A stretch of DNA of 64,000 nt from Macrostomum lignano (Eukaryota). Location of the stretch: contig NIVC01000896.1 of the NCBI GenBank assembly GCA_002269645.1, positions 248,001-312,000 of the forward strand, written 5' to 3'. Under the pieces are notes generated by a model. The model was given only the letters and a program-made list of their open reading frames with translations, had not been told where the DNA came from and searched no databases. Shown piece after piece: positions 1-13,700 of this stretch. The translations under genes and the position numbers were made by a program. Position 1 is the first letter of the stretch. Every line of letters starts with the position of its first letter.

Positions 1-615
1 CTGAAGCTACAGGATATTTTGATGTCGTCCCTACCCTCCCTGAAGCTTCAGGATCCTTTGATGTCGTCCCTACACCAAAGAAGCTTCAGTATCCTTTGAT
101 GCCGTTCTACCTTCCCTGAAGCTTCAGGATCCTTTAATGCCGTTCTACCTTCCCTGAAGCTTCAGGATCCTTTGATGTCGCAGCATCCCTAATCTCCCTG
201 AAGCTCAGAATCCTTTGATGTCGTCTCTACCTTTCCTGAAGCTTAATGATCGTTTGATGTCGTTCCTAACTTCCCTGAAGCTTCAGGATCCTTTAATGTC
301 GCAGTATTTCTAATCTCCCTGAAGCTCAGAATCGTTTGATGTCGTCTCTACCTTCCCTGAAGTTTCAGGATCCTTTGATGTCGTACTGCCCTACCATCCC
401 TGAAGCTTCAGGATCCTTTGATGTCGTCCCTACCTTCTCTGAAGCTACAGGATCCTTTGATGTCGCAGTATCCCTAATCTCCCTGAAGCTCAGAATCCTT
501 TGATGTCGCAGTATCCCTAATCTCCCTGAAGCTCAGAATCCTTTGATGTCGTCTCTACCTTTCCTGAAGCTTCAGGATCCTTTGATGTCAACAGTTACCC
601 TCCATAAACCTTCAG
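1..615. repeat. ~38-44 bp minisatellite (CCCTGAAGCTTCAGGATCCTTTGATGTCG core), in the intron after the arrestin exon
   Basis: Repeated CTGAAGCTTCAGGATCCTTTGATGTCG units are directly visible from base 1. Confidence 0.95.
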
Positions 616-747
616 GATCTTTTGATAACCGAAGTTAACATTGATGCCACTGCTACCACCACTGATGCATCCGTTAGTCTCCATGACACTTCATTATTGA
701 ACCTTTCGCCACCCTCCGAATGGATGAAGCCCAAACAAGCGAATCAC

Positions 748-1425
748 CTCAGCGCTGGGCTGCGGGCCCGGCTGCTCGGGTGCATAGGTGAGTTTCCTAA
801 TAGCCAGCCTGACGGTGCTACGTTTATGCGACTTCCCGTCGGCAGTCTCAGCTACGTAGGTCTTGAGCTCGTAGTCAACTCCGCAAGGTTTGCCGCTGTC
901 ATTGGGCCCCGGCTGCAGGGTGACAGAAGCTGGACTCTGCTGAGGAGGCAGCTCAAAGAAGAACGGATGCGCATTATCGCCCAGCTTCTTGATGAGGCGC
1001 TCCTGCAGTCGAGTCAACGGCTTAGCATTGTCCTTAATTGGTGGATAAACTTGCATGCAGGCGATGTACAAGTCCTTGCGAAATGTCAGACCAAGAACGT
1101 CCAGATCTTCGCGGCCGTAACGGAAGGCGGCTAGCACGTGGGCGTACACCTTGCGGTCCTTCATGTAGTCGGGGTCGACCAGGACCACGCCGTCAATGGG
1201 GTCCACGTGAGTCAGATGGTCCACAAAGTCTCTCTTGCCGAGGTAGGCGGTGATTTTGCCATTTGGAGAACTCTTTTTAAACACCCGCGTTCCCTGACGC
1301 TGGGACTGAGCCTGCTGAGTCTTGGCGCTGGGGTCTGTGCTGCTCTGGTTCACATCACCATTATTATTGGCTTGAGTCGGCTTGGAGCTTGAGTTGTTGT
1401 TAGCGGCTTTAGCTGTGTCAGCCAT
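748..1425 (-). CDS. ARRB: Beta-arrestin (non-visual arrestin), first coding exon (N-domain); remainder of the gene lies left of the window
   Basis: [68 protein letters not shown] are hallmark arrestin motifs. Similarity ends at a likely donor GAG|GTGATT (748/747); the ORF tail to 694 is probably intron read-through. Confidence 0.93.
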
Positions 1426-1854
1426 TGATGTCTTGATATCAGGGTTAATCTAGGAAGTAATTAGTGTCTGTCAGTTGTGCAATACGGATGTAAATGTCAT
1501 GTTTTTCTCATTTGATGACAGCTGAAATGATTAATAAGATATGCGAAATTTTTGTTGCTACGGGACTTTACTTTACAGTGGATAGATCAAGGAAATTTCA
1601 GAATTAAGTTTTCAATAGCATTCAAGCAGCCAAAAACATTCCCCCCCCCCCTGCAAGTGTTTGTCGTGTAGCAATGACGCACTTGAATCCCGATCCCAAA
1701 CAGTTGGATACAAATCAAACTTGAACAAGAACTAAAACTTTTTGGTGCAATTTTTTTGCGAATTCAACTAAACAAAGTTATTATGAGTTCGGGAGGAGAG
1801 ACTTGTAGAAAAAGAGGAATGGAACTTTAAAACAAAGTAAATAAAAACAAAAGA

Positions 1855-2200
1855 ATAGAGGCAAGTCAGAGGGGAGAGTGAGAGTCGGGGAGGCGAGTGA
1901 GAGTCAGAGAGAAGATTGAGAGCCAGAAAAAGGAGAGTGAGAGTCAGCGAGAGGAGAGTGAGTCAGAAAGGAGAGTGAGTTAAAGACGGGAGAAAGAGAG
2001 TCAGAGAGAGGAGAGTGAGAGTCATCGAGAAAAGAGTAAGAATTGTAGATAAAAGAGTGAGAGCCATAGAGATGAGAGTGAGAGTCAGAGAGAGGTGAGT
2101 GGGAGTCATTGAGAGAAAAGTAAGAATTGTAGATAAAAGAGTGAGAGCCATAGAGAGGAGAGTGAGAGTCAGAGAGAGAAGAGTAAGAGTCGGAGAGAGA
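1855..2200. repeat. Degenerate GA-rich low-complexity repeat
   Basis: GAGAGTGAGAGTCAGAGA-type units; includes a duplicated AAGAATTGTAGATAAAAGAGTGAGAGCCATAGA block. Confidence 0.85.
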
Positions 2201-2715
2201 CAAAGAAATGAAAATAGGGAATGAATTCGAAATAACAAAACGGGGAAAACTCAGTAAAAAAACCTCAGCTAAAAAGGCAAGCCTAAAAAGGGAAGCTCAA
2301 AAGAAAAAGGCGGCCCGGCCCGGCCAGATTAAATCGGATTAAGATTTCCTCCTAGGCCATTTCAAATCTGAAAGCTGAGCACAGTAATAAAACTATCAAG
2401 CCTAATCAATCGAAAACGGTTTCAACCGAGAAGCTTCTGCCAAAAACATTGAAATTTTTTACTGCTAAAAATAGCTGCAAGTGCGCTCGTAAAGCTTGGC
2501 TAACCATTTCGAAAATATCTTCCTCTGACGATCTAAATTGCTTGGCAACAAGAAATCGAACAATAAAAAATCTAGCCAGCAGCCACCGATAAGAAATTTA
2601 AGCAGAAAAAACACTGGCATTTCCATATTAGGCATGCTTGATTGTTCCTAAGAAGTTTGAAATTATGTTTTTGCTAATAAATGTCCAGCTCCCTAAAATC
2701 TATATTTCACGGTCT

Positions 2716-3470
2716 GTTTAGTTGTCCATGAACATGCAGTCCAGATTTTACAATTAAGAGATCCGTTAGTAACGGCAGTCATAGTTCACGTCAATTCAGT
2801 CCTGTTTAGTTGTCCATGAACTGGCAGTCCAGATTTTACTAATTAGAGATCCGTTAATAATGTCGACGATCTTATTTCAGATCAATTCAGTTGTTTAGTT
2901 GTCCATGAACTTGCAGTCCAGATTTTACAATTAAGAGATCCGTTAGTAACGGCAGTCATAGTTCACGTCAATTCAGTCCTGTTTAGTTGTCCATGAACTG
3001 GCAGTCCAGATTTTACTAATTAGAGATCCGTTAATAATGTCGACGATCTTATTTCAGATCAATTCAGTTGTTTAGTTGTCCATGAACATGCAGTCCAGAT
3101 TTTACAATTAAGAGATCCGTTAGTAACGGCAGTCATAGTTCACGTCAATTCAGTCCTGTTTAGTTGTCCATGAACTGGCAGTCCAGATTTTACTAATTAG
3201 AGATCCGTTAATAATGTCGACGATCTTATTTCAGATCAATTCAGTTGTTTAGTTGTCCATGAACTTGCAGTCCAGATTTTACTATTTAGAGATCCGTTAG
3301 TAACGGCAGTCATAGTTCACGTAAATTCAGTTCTGTTTAGTTGTCCATGAACTGGCAGTCCAGATTTTACTATTTAGAGATCTGCTAGTAACGGCAGTCT
3401 TAGTTCGAGTCAATTCAGTTTTGTTTAGGTGTCCATGAACTTGCAGTCCAGATTTACTATTTAGAGATCC
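2716..3470. repeat. Tandem repeat with alternating 88/89-bp monomers (177-bp dimer)
   Basis: GTTTAGTTGTCCATGAAC recurs at 2716, 2804, 2893, 2981, 3070, 3158, 3247, 3335 and 3423; the variable half alternates between two types. Confidence 0.95.
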
Positions 3471-4214
3471 GCGATGACAGTCTTAGTAACTGTCCCGGAG
3501 TTAATGACATTTCAAGCTTCCAGTCTAAGTTTACACGCCATTTAGTGATCTATGAACGCGCTAGTCAGTGTGGCCTTTATTCTCTGTAGGCTAAACCATA
3601 ATCACGGGCTCAAACATATAGTTAAGATTCAAACGAAGCCAGAAATCAGTGCAGCGAAAAGTTACATACCTTAGCCCGCAACGCACTATTAAAAAGCAGA
3701 AAAAAGCAGAAAAGGCAGCAGTAGCAGCAACATTTGGGTAATTTAAGACACGACAGCCTTGCTAGAAGATCTTCCCCCTTAGTCTCCGCTTCCCCTCCTC
3801 TTCTGTGTGTCGTCTACTTTTTCTGAGCAGCTAGGCGTGAACTAATGGCCTGGCGAGGGGGTAAATTAAGGAAGAACACGAGGCAGAAGCAGAAGGAAAC
3901 GTGTCGTTTGCTATTTCCGTTAGCCTCGGCTTGCAGATCCGCCTTTAGCGCTCGCTGATCTTATATAGCGACAACGGAAAGGCGAGATGAGTTTAGTAGA
4001 AGCAACTCGGATGGAAGTCTATGCAGCCTTATATTCGAAGTATGAACTCGCAGTGACAGTCAGCCCTACATAGCTTCTACGGCTGCCCTTGACAGGCTGC
4101 ATCCACAACAGGAACAGGAAATCTCTGCGGAATACTGGCTGCTGTCAGCTTTACAAATCCCCTAGCTGAGATATTTCGAGTGAAATATTCTCTCTTCTAT
4201 ACAAGCCTATGACG

Positions 4215-5275
4215 CAAATTTAGTGTCAACCATGACGCTGATTTAGTGTCAACCATGACGCTGATTTAGTGTCAACCATGACGCTGATTTAGTGTCAACC
4301 ATGACGCTGATTTAGTGTCAACCATGGCGCCGATTTTGTGTCAATCTTGGCGCTGATTTAGTGTCAACCATGACGCCGATTTAGTGTCAACCATGACGCT
4401 GATTTAGTGTCAACCATGACGCCGATTTAGTGTCAACCATGACGCTAATTTAGTGTCAACCATGACGCTGATTTAGTGTCAACCATGACGCTAATTTAGT
4501 GTCAACCATGACGCTAATTTAGTGTCAACCATGACGCCGGTTTAGTGTCAATTATGGCGCCGATTTAGTATCAATCTGGGCGCTGATTTAGTGTCAACTA
4601 TGGCGCCGATTTAGTGTCAATCTGGGTGCTGATTTAGTGTCAACTGTGGCGCCGATTTAGTGCTAATTTTGGCGCCGATTTTGACAACCATGGCGCGGAT
4701 TTTGTATTAATCTTGGCGCTGATTTAGGGTCAACTATGGCGCCGATTTAGTATCAACTATGGCGCCGATTTAGCGTCAATCTGGGCGCCGATTTAGTGTC
4801 AAGCAACTACGGTCAATCATGGCTCAAACCTAGTGTCAATCATGGCCTCAACCTAGTGTCAATCATGGCGTCAAACTAGTGTCAATCATGGCGTCAAACT
4901 AGTGTCAATCATGGCGTCAAACTAGTGTCAATCATGGCGTCAAACTAGTGTCAATCTTGGCGTCAAACTAGTTTCAATCATGGCGTCAAACTAGTGTCAA
5001 TCATGGCGTCAAACTAGTGTCAATCTTGGCGTCAAACTAGTTTCAATCATGGCGTCAAACTTGTGTCAATCTTGGCGTCAAACTAGTGTCAATCATGGCG
5101 TCAAACTAGTGTCAATCATGGCGTCAAACTAGTGTCAATCTTGGCGCCGAACTAGTGTCAATCATGGCGTCAAACTAGTGTCAATCTTGGCGTCAAACTA
5201 GTGTCAATCATGGCGTCAAACTAGTGTCAATCTTGGCGCCGAACTAGGGTCAATCATGGCGCCGAACTAAGGTTA
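4215..5275. repeat. 23-bp minisatellite with two sub-arrays
   Basis: GATTTAGTGTCAACCATGACGCT units, switching at ~4830 to AACTAGTGTCAATCATGGCGTCA units in the same orientation. Confidence 0.95.
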
Positions 5276-5660
5276 ATTTTGATGCATCCAAGCATGATCC
5301 TACTGACAATCTGGAGACAATCTGGGACAACTCACTGTTTGAAGTTGCAACTATCTAGCTACAAACAAGAGCAAAACAAAAAAATCAAGATAGTTTTTAC
5401 CAAGCCGATTAGCCAGTAGAAGCAATTCGCAAGACAATTGTATAATGAACAAGCAAAACTCTATAAGAAGCAGTAAATATCATTTCGCAAGACTATTATT
5501 CAACTGACCAAACGAGAAGAGCAGAGAGAGAAAAAAGAATCGCCTCAGAGTCTTCCTCATAAAGCATTCGTTCACGCACGCGAGCGCTATGGAAGCTTTG
5601 CTATACAGTATTATATCAGCCAACCACGTGGGGCTCAGAGCAGAAAGAGATGAAGGCACG

Positions 5661-5815
<155 letters not shown>

Positions 5816-6409
5816 AATTAAGCCCGACCAAAAAGGGGCAGCAGGAGCGCGGAAAGACAGATAGAAGTGGGCGCTACAGCAGATCTCTCTCAGACTCTGA
5901 CTGACTGTACGCAGAAAGCTGCAGATTAGGAAGAAAAAAGAGGGGAGGAATGCAAATACGGGAGGAGAGAAGAGGCGACTCCCTTCTCAGCCTCTCAACA
6001 CCCCCTCCAGCCCAGACTACCCTCGCCATTATCCCCTACAGAGTTCTCCACTCCAAAGCCGTCCGTCCCCGGTTTCTTGCAGTAGCAGAGGATAGCCGCA
6101 AAATTAACCCCTCATACGCTTTTGCCATTAAAAAAATGAATAGGCAAAGCCAGTTTAGACTATTTTATAGACAATAGAAATCTAATGACAACACGAAGGC
6201 AACTAGCTCAGTGCTTTTGTTCTTAATACCTGTGAAGATAACCGCTTAAAGTAAAGAGAGCCTATAGAAAATCTTACAATTGGATCCAATTGAACTCACA
6301 GAGCCACACAGAGCCATCCATCTGCTTCGATTTCATTAACGGCCTTGCGCCGTACACCGTTCTCAGTCTTACTGTTAAATATCCGCCCCTCACTTAGACC
6401 ATTCGCGCT

Positions 6410-7205
6410 CTATTTAACCATCTGCCCACTCTGTTTAACCATCCGCCCCTGTGTTTAACCATCCGCCCCCTCCCTATAATCATCCGCTCCTCTATTTAAC
6501 TATCCGCCCTCTCTATTTAACCATCCGCCCACTCTGTTTAACCACCCGCCCCTCTATTTAACCACCCGCCCCTCTATTTAACAATCCGCCCCCTCTATTA
6601 AACCATCCACCCCCAGTACTTACCATCTGCACCCTCCCTATAACCATCCGCTCCTCTATTAAACCATCCACCCTCTCTATTTTACCATCCGCCCACTCTG
6701 TTTAACAATCCGCCCCTCTATTTACCATTTGCCCCCTCCCTATAACCATCTGCTCCTCTATTAAACCATCCGCCCCTCTATTAAACCATCCGCCTCCTCT
6801 ATTAAACCATCCGCCCCTCTATTTACCATCCGCCTCCTCTATTAAACCATCCGCCCCTCTATTTACCATCCGCCTCCTCTATTAAACCATCCGCCCCTCT
6901 ATTAAACCATCCGCCCCCTCTATTTACCATCCGCCCCCTCTATTTACCATCCGCCTCCTCTATTAAACCATCCGCCCCTCTATTAAACCATCCGCCCCTC
7001 TATCGAACCATCCGCCCCCTCTATTGAACCATCCGCCCCCTCTATTAAACCATCCGCCCCTCTATTGAACCATCCGCCCCCTCTATTTAACCATCCGCCC
7101 CGTCAATTAAACCATCCGCCCTCTCTATTTACCATCCGCCCCCTCTATTAAACCATCCGCCCCTCTATTTAACCATCCGCCCCCTCTATTGAACCATCCG
7201 CCCCC
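6410..7205. repeat. 20-21 bp minisatellite (AACCATCCGCCCCTCTATT)
   Basis: Units directly visible. Confidence 0.95.
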
Positions 7206-7841
7206 TTAATATAACGCTCCGCCCCTTGTCAGTTCCAACAACCACAGACTGAATTCTACAGCGTCAAAAGAAAAGCTATTTTTCAACAAGTGCAACTACA
7301 AAAAGGCTTACAATTTCTAATTAATTGCTAGCAATCCCTAGAAGGCTTAAGATCCCTGGGAAACTAATTTCCTAAATGGCTAGTTAATAACTTCCCAATG
7401 CCTGATATTCTAAAAAAAAACTCAAAAAATGCGGAAAAAACCATAATGGAACTCAGATATGGCAAAAAAGCAGTTGCACATTAAAGCTGATCAATTTACT
7501 TTAATAAACAAATATCATCAAATATTTGGTAATGCGAAAAAAATTCTTCTCACAAAAATTGGGTTAGAAAATTGTGATAAAAGAAAGCTTTTAAAGCTTG
7601 TTTAATAAAGCATTGGTACAGTTATTTAGGGAACAGTGAAATCATTGTAACAAACAATAGGCGCTCAGGAGAAATGTCCGAAAGTTTATAAATTGCTTTT
7701 ATCAGTGAATTTGACAATTAGGAGAATCTGCATTAGCTGCAGCAAGCAGCCACTGCCACAGAACTGGAATTGGCCATAAACAATATAGCCAACCAAACGG
7801 ACAGGTTGAACTTCCAAGCTGCACTCCACAGACTGCCTAAA

Positions 7842-7975
7842 GGGGGGGCAGCCTTAGTGATGTTTCAGCGGCCCAGGCTCGATTCCAAGTGCAGTCACAC
7901 TATTAACTACCATTAAATGCCTCTCGCCGGTTGTGTGACAATGTCGCTTAAAGTGCGCCAGGGTGCACACAGGCT
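7842..7975 (+). mobile_element. Internally deleted tRNA-headed SINE copy (same family as 47429-47768)
   Basis: GATGTTTCAGCGGCCCAGGCTCGATTCCAAGTGCAGTCA and AATGCCTCTCGCCGG-TTGTGTGACAATG...TTAAAGTGCGCCAGGGT match the head and tail of the minus-strand copy at 47.4-47.8 kb. Confidence 0.65.
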
Positions 7976-8399
7976 GAGTGTACTACTGCCACAACGAATG
8001 GGAATTCTCTAACATCACTGACAAAGTCAATATTATTATGTAATGCAAAGCAAAGGCTTCTGTTTCAGCTCAAGTATTCAATAACACGATAAACGCGATA
8101 AACTAGTTTGCATTAATAATTCGAGTAAATTTGAAACAACCTGATTGCGGACTGGGTGGCGAAATTAATGACAAATTAATCATGTATAGGATAAGATTAT
8201 TAATTTTATCGACAGAAATTTCACACGAGTTAAGTATAAAATATGATACTTTACTAAAACAGATAAATCTGTACGAACATTGTAATGGTATACTAGGTGA
8301 AAAGTTTGTGAAATGTATACCTTGCTTATTTACTGGCTGTTAACTATTGCGAAATGATAAGCCCTAAGGTTTAAATAACTTAAGAATGAGTGTAGCTTT

Positions 8400-8655
8400 G
8401 GGGTAAGAGGTTGGCGAAGAGCGAGTGTACATTAGGAGTAAGAGGTTGGCGAAGAGCGAGTGTACATTGGGGGTAAGAGGTTGGCGAAGAGCGAGTGTAC
8501 ATTGGGGGTAAGAGGTTGGCGAAGAGCGAGTGTACATTGGGGGTAAGAGGTTGGCGAAGAGCGAGTGTACATTGGGGGTAAGAGGTTGGCGAAGAGCGAG
8601 TGTACATTGGGGGTAAGAGGTTGGCGAAGAGCGAGTGTACATTGGGGGTAAGAGT
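8400..8655. repeat. 35-bp minisatellite
   Basis: GGGGGTAAGAGGTTGGCGAAGAGCGAGTGTACATT, ~7 copies. Confidence 0.95.
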
Positions 8656-10063
8656 TTGATGAATAGGAGCGTACACTGGGGGTTAATGTCTGTGAAGAGC
8701 GAGTATACAATAAAGGTTTGGGGTTGGCTAAGAGTGAATGTACATTCGTAGTATAGGTTTGTGAAAGGCATTTCTGAGTGTCCATTGGGTGTGTGTGGAT
8801 ACTGAAACAAAAAGTTCTACTTCTGACGAAATATATTCGTGAATAATTATCAATAACTAATAAATAACTTATGCTTAGTCTATAATTGGATATTGTTATT
8901 TTTTTTATTGGCTTTAGCCAATAAATATTTTCTCCAGTGAATGATTTGTTCGGTTAGCATTCTAGTTAGGTCGAACAAATCAATTTCTAGTAAATAATTG
9001 TTAGCATGCTAAAAGACAATATAAATAGTTTCATTCACAGACACAAAAAAACAAAAAAGCACGTAGCATTGCTAGTGAAATTGTACTTTGAGAAAAATTC
9101 AACAACCGAGACTTTTCTGTATTATTTACACTAGACATCGGTTGCAAAAAATGACAAAATACACGATTCATACTAGGGCGACTAAAACGGCTAAGCGAAT
9201 TCGATTTACAAAAAAGCAACAAGGTAAAAAAAACTTCACCAGAGATTAGTCTGTACTAAGAGACTCCAGCGGCACGAAGGATTTTAAAACACAATAAAAA
9301 CTATTTGCAGCAAGCGCAAGCATTTATAACTGATAAAAATAATCGAATTGGATTTATTGCTCAAATGATTTTGTGATTATACATTAGTAGAAAAGAACCT
9401 TTGTGGAAGCCAATGCTATGCAGCTAAGCTGGATGGAAGTAATGAGAGATGATGAGCAAATAAAAAAATGGTAAAATACGGAGATAAAAGCAAGCGGTTG
9501 AAAGGCGAACAGCTGAAGACTTGATCGCATTTAAACAAACTGTATCAAACTGTTTTTATTTCTTAACCAACCAACCAACAGGGTCTGACTGGACACAATA
9601 CACAATATAATACAATCGTTAAAAACTGCACAATTATTGAAAGTATCAATTTTAGGTAAAGTTTTGATTTGATTACGCTAAAAAATACTTGTATATAATG
9701 CAGGCTTTTTTTGCAAATATTGTAATGCAATAAGATAATATATATAATATATTAAATACATTAAATAATACAGTGATCTAATTAATGCGAAAATGTATTG
9801 CTTTTAATTTTATTAGCAACGCATATACATGAAGATTGCAATACGTCAGATTTCTGCCAAATCTATCGTAATAAACAATAAACAATATAAACTCTTCAAA
9901 GTAAGCCATGTTTTGAAAAGATTGCTCAAGATGAAAACTAGTTGACAAGTACTGCCATGCTTCTGAATATAACAGACAGCTCAAAGACGATTGTATAAAT
10001 TCGAGAAGGCTTCTCAGACTTTTCGAATATTCTTGTACGGTTTAGAGAGCTTCCCGTAAAATT

Positions 10064-10620
10064 TTAGAAGATTCTCGTGGATTTAAAGGAGATTCTCGTG
10101 AATTGAAGGGAGATTCTCGTGGATTGAAGGGAGATTCTCATGGATTTAAAGGAGATTCTCGTGGATTTAAAGGAGATTCTCGTGGATTGAAGGGAGATTC
10201 TCGTGGATTGAAGGGAGACTCTCGTGGATTGAAGGGAGATTCTCGTAGATTGAAGGGAGATTCTCGTGGATTTAGGCGAGATTCTCGTGGATTTAGGCGA
10301 GATTCTCGTGGATTGAAGGGAGATTCTCGTGGATTTAGGCGAGATTCTCGTGGATTGAAGGGAGATCCTAGCGGATTGAAGGGAGATTCTCGTGGATTGA
10401 AGCGAGATTCTGATAGATTTAAGGGAGATTCTAGTGGGTTGAAGGGAGATTATCGTGGATTGAAGGGAGATTCTCGTGGATTCAAGGGAGACTCTCGTGG
10501 ATTGAAGGGAGATTCTTGTGGAGTTAAGAGAGATTCTCATGGATTTAAAGGAAGATTCTCGTGGATTTAAGCAAGATTCTGATAGATTTAAGGGATATTC
10601 TTATGGATTTAAGGGAAGAT
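10064..10620. repeat. 21-bp minisatellite just downstream of the navigator stop codon
   Basis: GGATTGAAGGGAGATTCTCGT units. Confidence 0.95.
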
Positions 10621-10717
10621 TATCGTGGATGTATCGAAACTCTCAGAGAAAAATCCACAAGATCCTAAAACATTGCTGTTAAATGGTTGCGCACAATATA
10701 ACCGCACACTAACAAAC

Positions 10718-13700
10718 TCAGACACAGTCTGTCAGGTCACTAGCCAAACCACAATTAGCAACCTCCTGTAGCCGCATGAGCATAGCCATCAGTCGGTCAT
10801 CTGTGGTGTTGGCATCAGACGATGCTGGAATCACCTCGTCGTTGGCTGCAGTAGAATCTTTATTGACAACTTCGGCTGGGATGTCATCAGCAGCTCCGGT
10901 GACAACGGCTGGTGCGGAAACCCCTGCGGCTGGAGGTCTACTAGCTTCGTAACCCACATCCTCCGGACGGATGCTGATCAACTCCTCGGCGTCCCCGCTG
11001 GCACCCCAGGGCCAGTCAATCTTCAACTTGGCCGCCGGATCTTCCCACGGAGCTCTGGCGCCGCGCAGACGCAGGCCTTCACGGCAAGCTTCGATAACGT
11101 AGGGAACTAAGCAGTGATTCCACAGCCGCAGGAACCACTGCTCCGCGCCGCGCCACGAGTCCATGGGGCAGGCGGCGAACTGGCCGGGGCCCAGCGACGC
11201 CTCAGCGCCAGCGTGTGTCTCCAACAGGCGATTTAACTTCAACCAGGCGTCCTGCAGCCAGTCAACTATCAGCGACATCTCGGGCAGTCTGGACCCAGCT
11301 TCAACTTCGGCAGCAACCAGACGCTGGCGCAGACACCGGCCCAGAAAGCCGCGCACCGGTTCCATATGAGCCGAGCACAGAACCCAGCGAAAATTGCAAG
11401 CGCTGTGCAGCTCAAGCTTGGCCGCGTGAAGTCGCTCAGCTTGCCCGCTGCCGCCTTGCGTCATCACGCCAACTATGAAATACGGCGGCGGTTCCTTCGG
11501 CGGCAAACAGGCTGACAGGACCTCAGATAGCGAGTCTACCAGGTGCAAATTATCCAGCACAACCGCACCAACGCTGGAATCGTTATTCAAACTGGTGAGA
11601 AAAGTTCGAAGATTTCTTTCGCTACGCCGATCGGCGGTGAAAGTGGCCACGCTAGAGGAAGAGCCAGACAGGTGAGCTGCTAAACTACCAGCTAGTCTGG
11701 ACTTGCCAACACCTGCTGGGCCGCACAGCGCAATACGCCTGTGCTCCTTTAGCAGACCGATATATCTCTGCAGTGTAGGCTTAGGCACCAGAGTCTCCAG
11801 TGCCAGGGTCTCCAACTCGCTAGCCAGATGGAGCTGTAAATAAAGTCGAAGCTGGGGATTTCTAGGATCAATATTGGGATCAGAGGAGGCGGCAGAGGCG
11901 GCCGACATGCAAGCTACCAGAGGCGGCGGGCAAGAGTGAGATGAAGCGCCACGCCGCCTGAGACCCATGCCGCTGCTGCCGCCATTGCTCCCAAGGATTT
12001 CGTAAGCGACAACGCAGTCCGATCCCAAGCCGAGACCCTGGCTAGGATCAACTCTAGTCAAATATTCTTTAAACAGCCGACCGCAACAGGCGTCTAAAGT
12101 TTCCCATTTTGTTCTGGGACAGACTGGCAGACAGCCAATTGGCTGCTTGCTGCTCCCAGCCAGCACAGTGAGTCGGAGACTTTCCGCTGAGCTTGGAAAT
12201 CCATCGATTAGGTCGAACCTGCGGGGGAAATAGGGTGGGTAGTTATTTTGTGAAGCTTACAGTATAATGTGCAACACTGTCAGTGATAAGCACGCCTGAC
12301 TATCACATTACGGCCCCTGGTTCGACTCCCTGAACGGCTCTAACCCTTAAGGCACATAGAGTGTACAAGTCTAACTATTAGTAAGTCAAAGGGCCATTGT
12401 ACACCTTGTATGAGCGTGTGTATGAGTGTGTGCCTGCGTATAATATTGTCGCGCTTGCATGTCCTCAGGAGTCAGCGGAAGTATTTCCCCTCATGGAAAC
12501 TACCGGTCTCTATACTTTATAAAATCTTTCTTACCCTTGAGCCCCGTTAACCACTACGGCGGCATCGCAGCGACCATCCATTGAGCCATCGCCGACAGAG
12601 ATCGCCGACAAAGCTGCTGTCGAGTCCACGCTCAGCCGTCTGGCGCCACCGCCGAAGCCACCATAAACGTCAGTAACCGATCCGCCAAATCCGTGATCCT
12701 CGCTTACAAAATCTGATCTCATCTGTTGCAGCTGCTGAAGGCGACAATTCTCAGCCTTCAAATTGCTAATGTCTGCTCGCATTTTTTCTGTTAGACTGCG
12801 CAATTGTTGCAGCTCGGCAGCGGATTGCTGCTTTTGCTGGAGTTCGAGCTCTGTTAGTGCGGGAGGCTCAACAACAGGTGGCTGCTGTTGCTGAGGAGGA
12901 GGCTGTGCTTGTGACTGCTGCTGCTGCTGCTGTTGTTGCTGCTTTTTTGAGCTGCGCAAACTTCTCAACCAGCCATGATGCCGTTTACTTTGCGAGCCTT
13001 GCTGCTGCGACTCCTTCTGCATCATAAGCTGCATTGGCGCTTCCTCGCGTTTCAGCGCGCCAACAGCGGCCCGGAGACGGGACAGCTCAGTGTCCTTGCG
13101 TTCAGCACTGCTAGCCAGATCTCTCAGCTTGGTGGTGACATCCGACAGAGACTGTTCAAAAGCCTCGGCAGCGTCTGTGTTGGCGCAGAGCTGACCAGCC
13201 AGACTAGCGATTCTCTGCTGGGCCTGCTCAAGCTCAGCTCGAAGCTTTGCAATCTCCATCGCTTGCCGCTCCTCATTAGCCGTAGTGGCTGACGAAGACA
13301 CGGCCGAGTAGATTGACAGCGTGGAGCCTCCGATGCCTCCGCCGCCGCCACTACCCGGATAGAAGCTCCCAGTTGAACAGCTTGACCGCATGGTGGCGTA
13401 CGGCAGTCGAAGGCTCTGACTAGGTGTTGGAGGAACAGCGGCAGACATTGGCAGAGAGGCGGGGGCTTGACCAGCTGCAGACCGAATGGTGCAGTAGCCA
13501 CTGGTGCCAGCAGCCAGGCCGGTTTTGCGTCTCTGGTGCTGCTGTAGCAGCTGGTGCTGCTGCTGACGCTGTACAGACTCTGTATCGGAGAAGTAGTACT
13601 CTCCGCCGCTGCCGCCGCCAGCTGAGCCCTCCTGAAGGAGTTGCTGAAGCCGACTGGATGAACGAATGGCTCCATAATCTGCCGATGCTTTACGCAAAGT

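Noticed and set aside
622-1392. Plus-strand ORFs over arrestin, and the antisense ORFs over NAV, the RTE and the LOA ORF1
   Set aside because: Shadow ORFs of GC-rich coding sequence with no recognisable motifs.
2716-3470. CRISPR-like look (constant part plus variable part)
   Set aside because: The variable parts alternate between two types rather than being unique; the context is eukaryotic and there are no cas genes.
8943-8981. 10-bp inverted repeat GATTTGTTCG/CGAACAAATC
   Set aside because: An isolated short hairpin with no TSD or other support.
12270-12345. Bona fide tRNA-Asp gene
   Set aside because: The acceptor and anticodon stems do not pair cleanly and a SINE body follows; treated as a SINE head.
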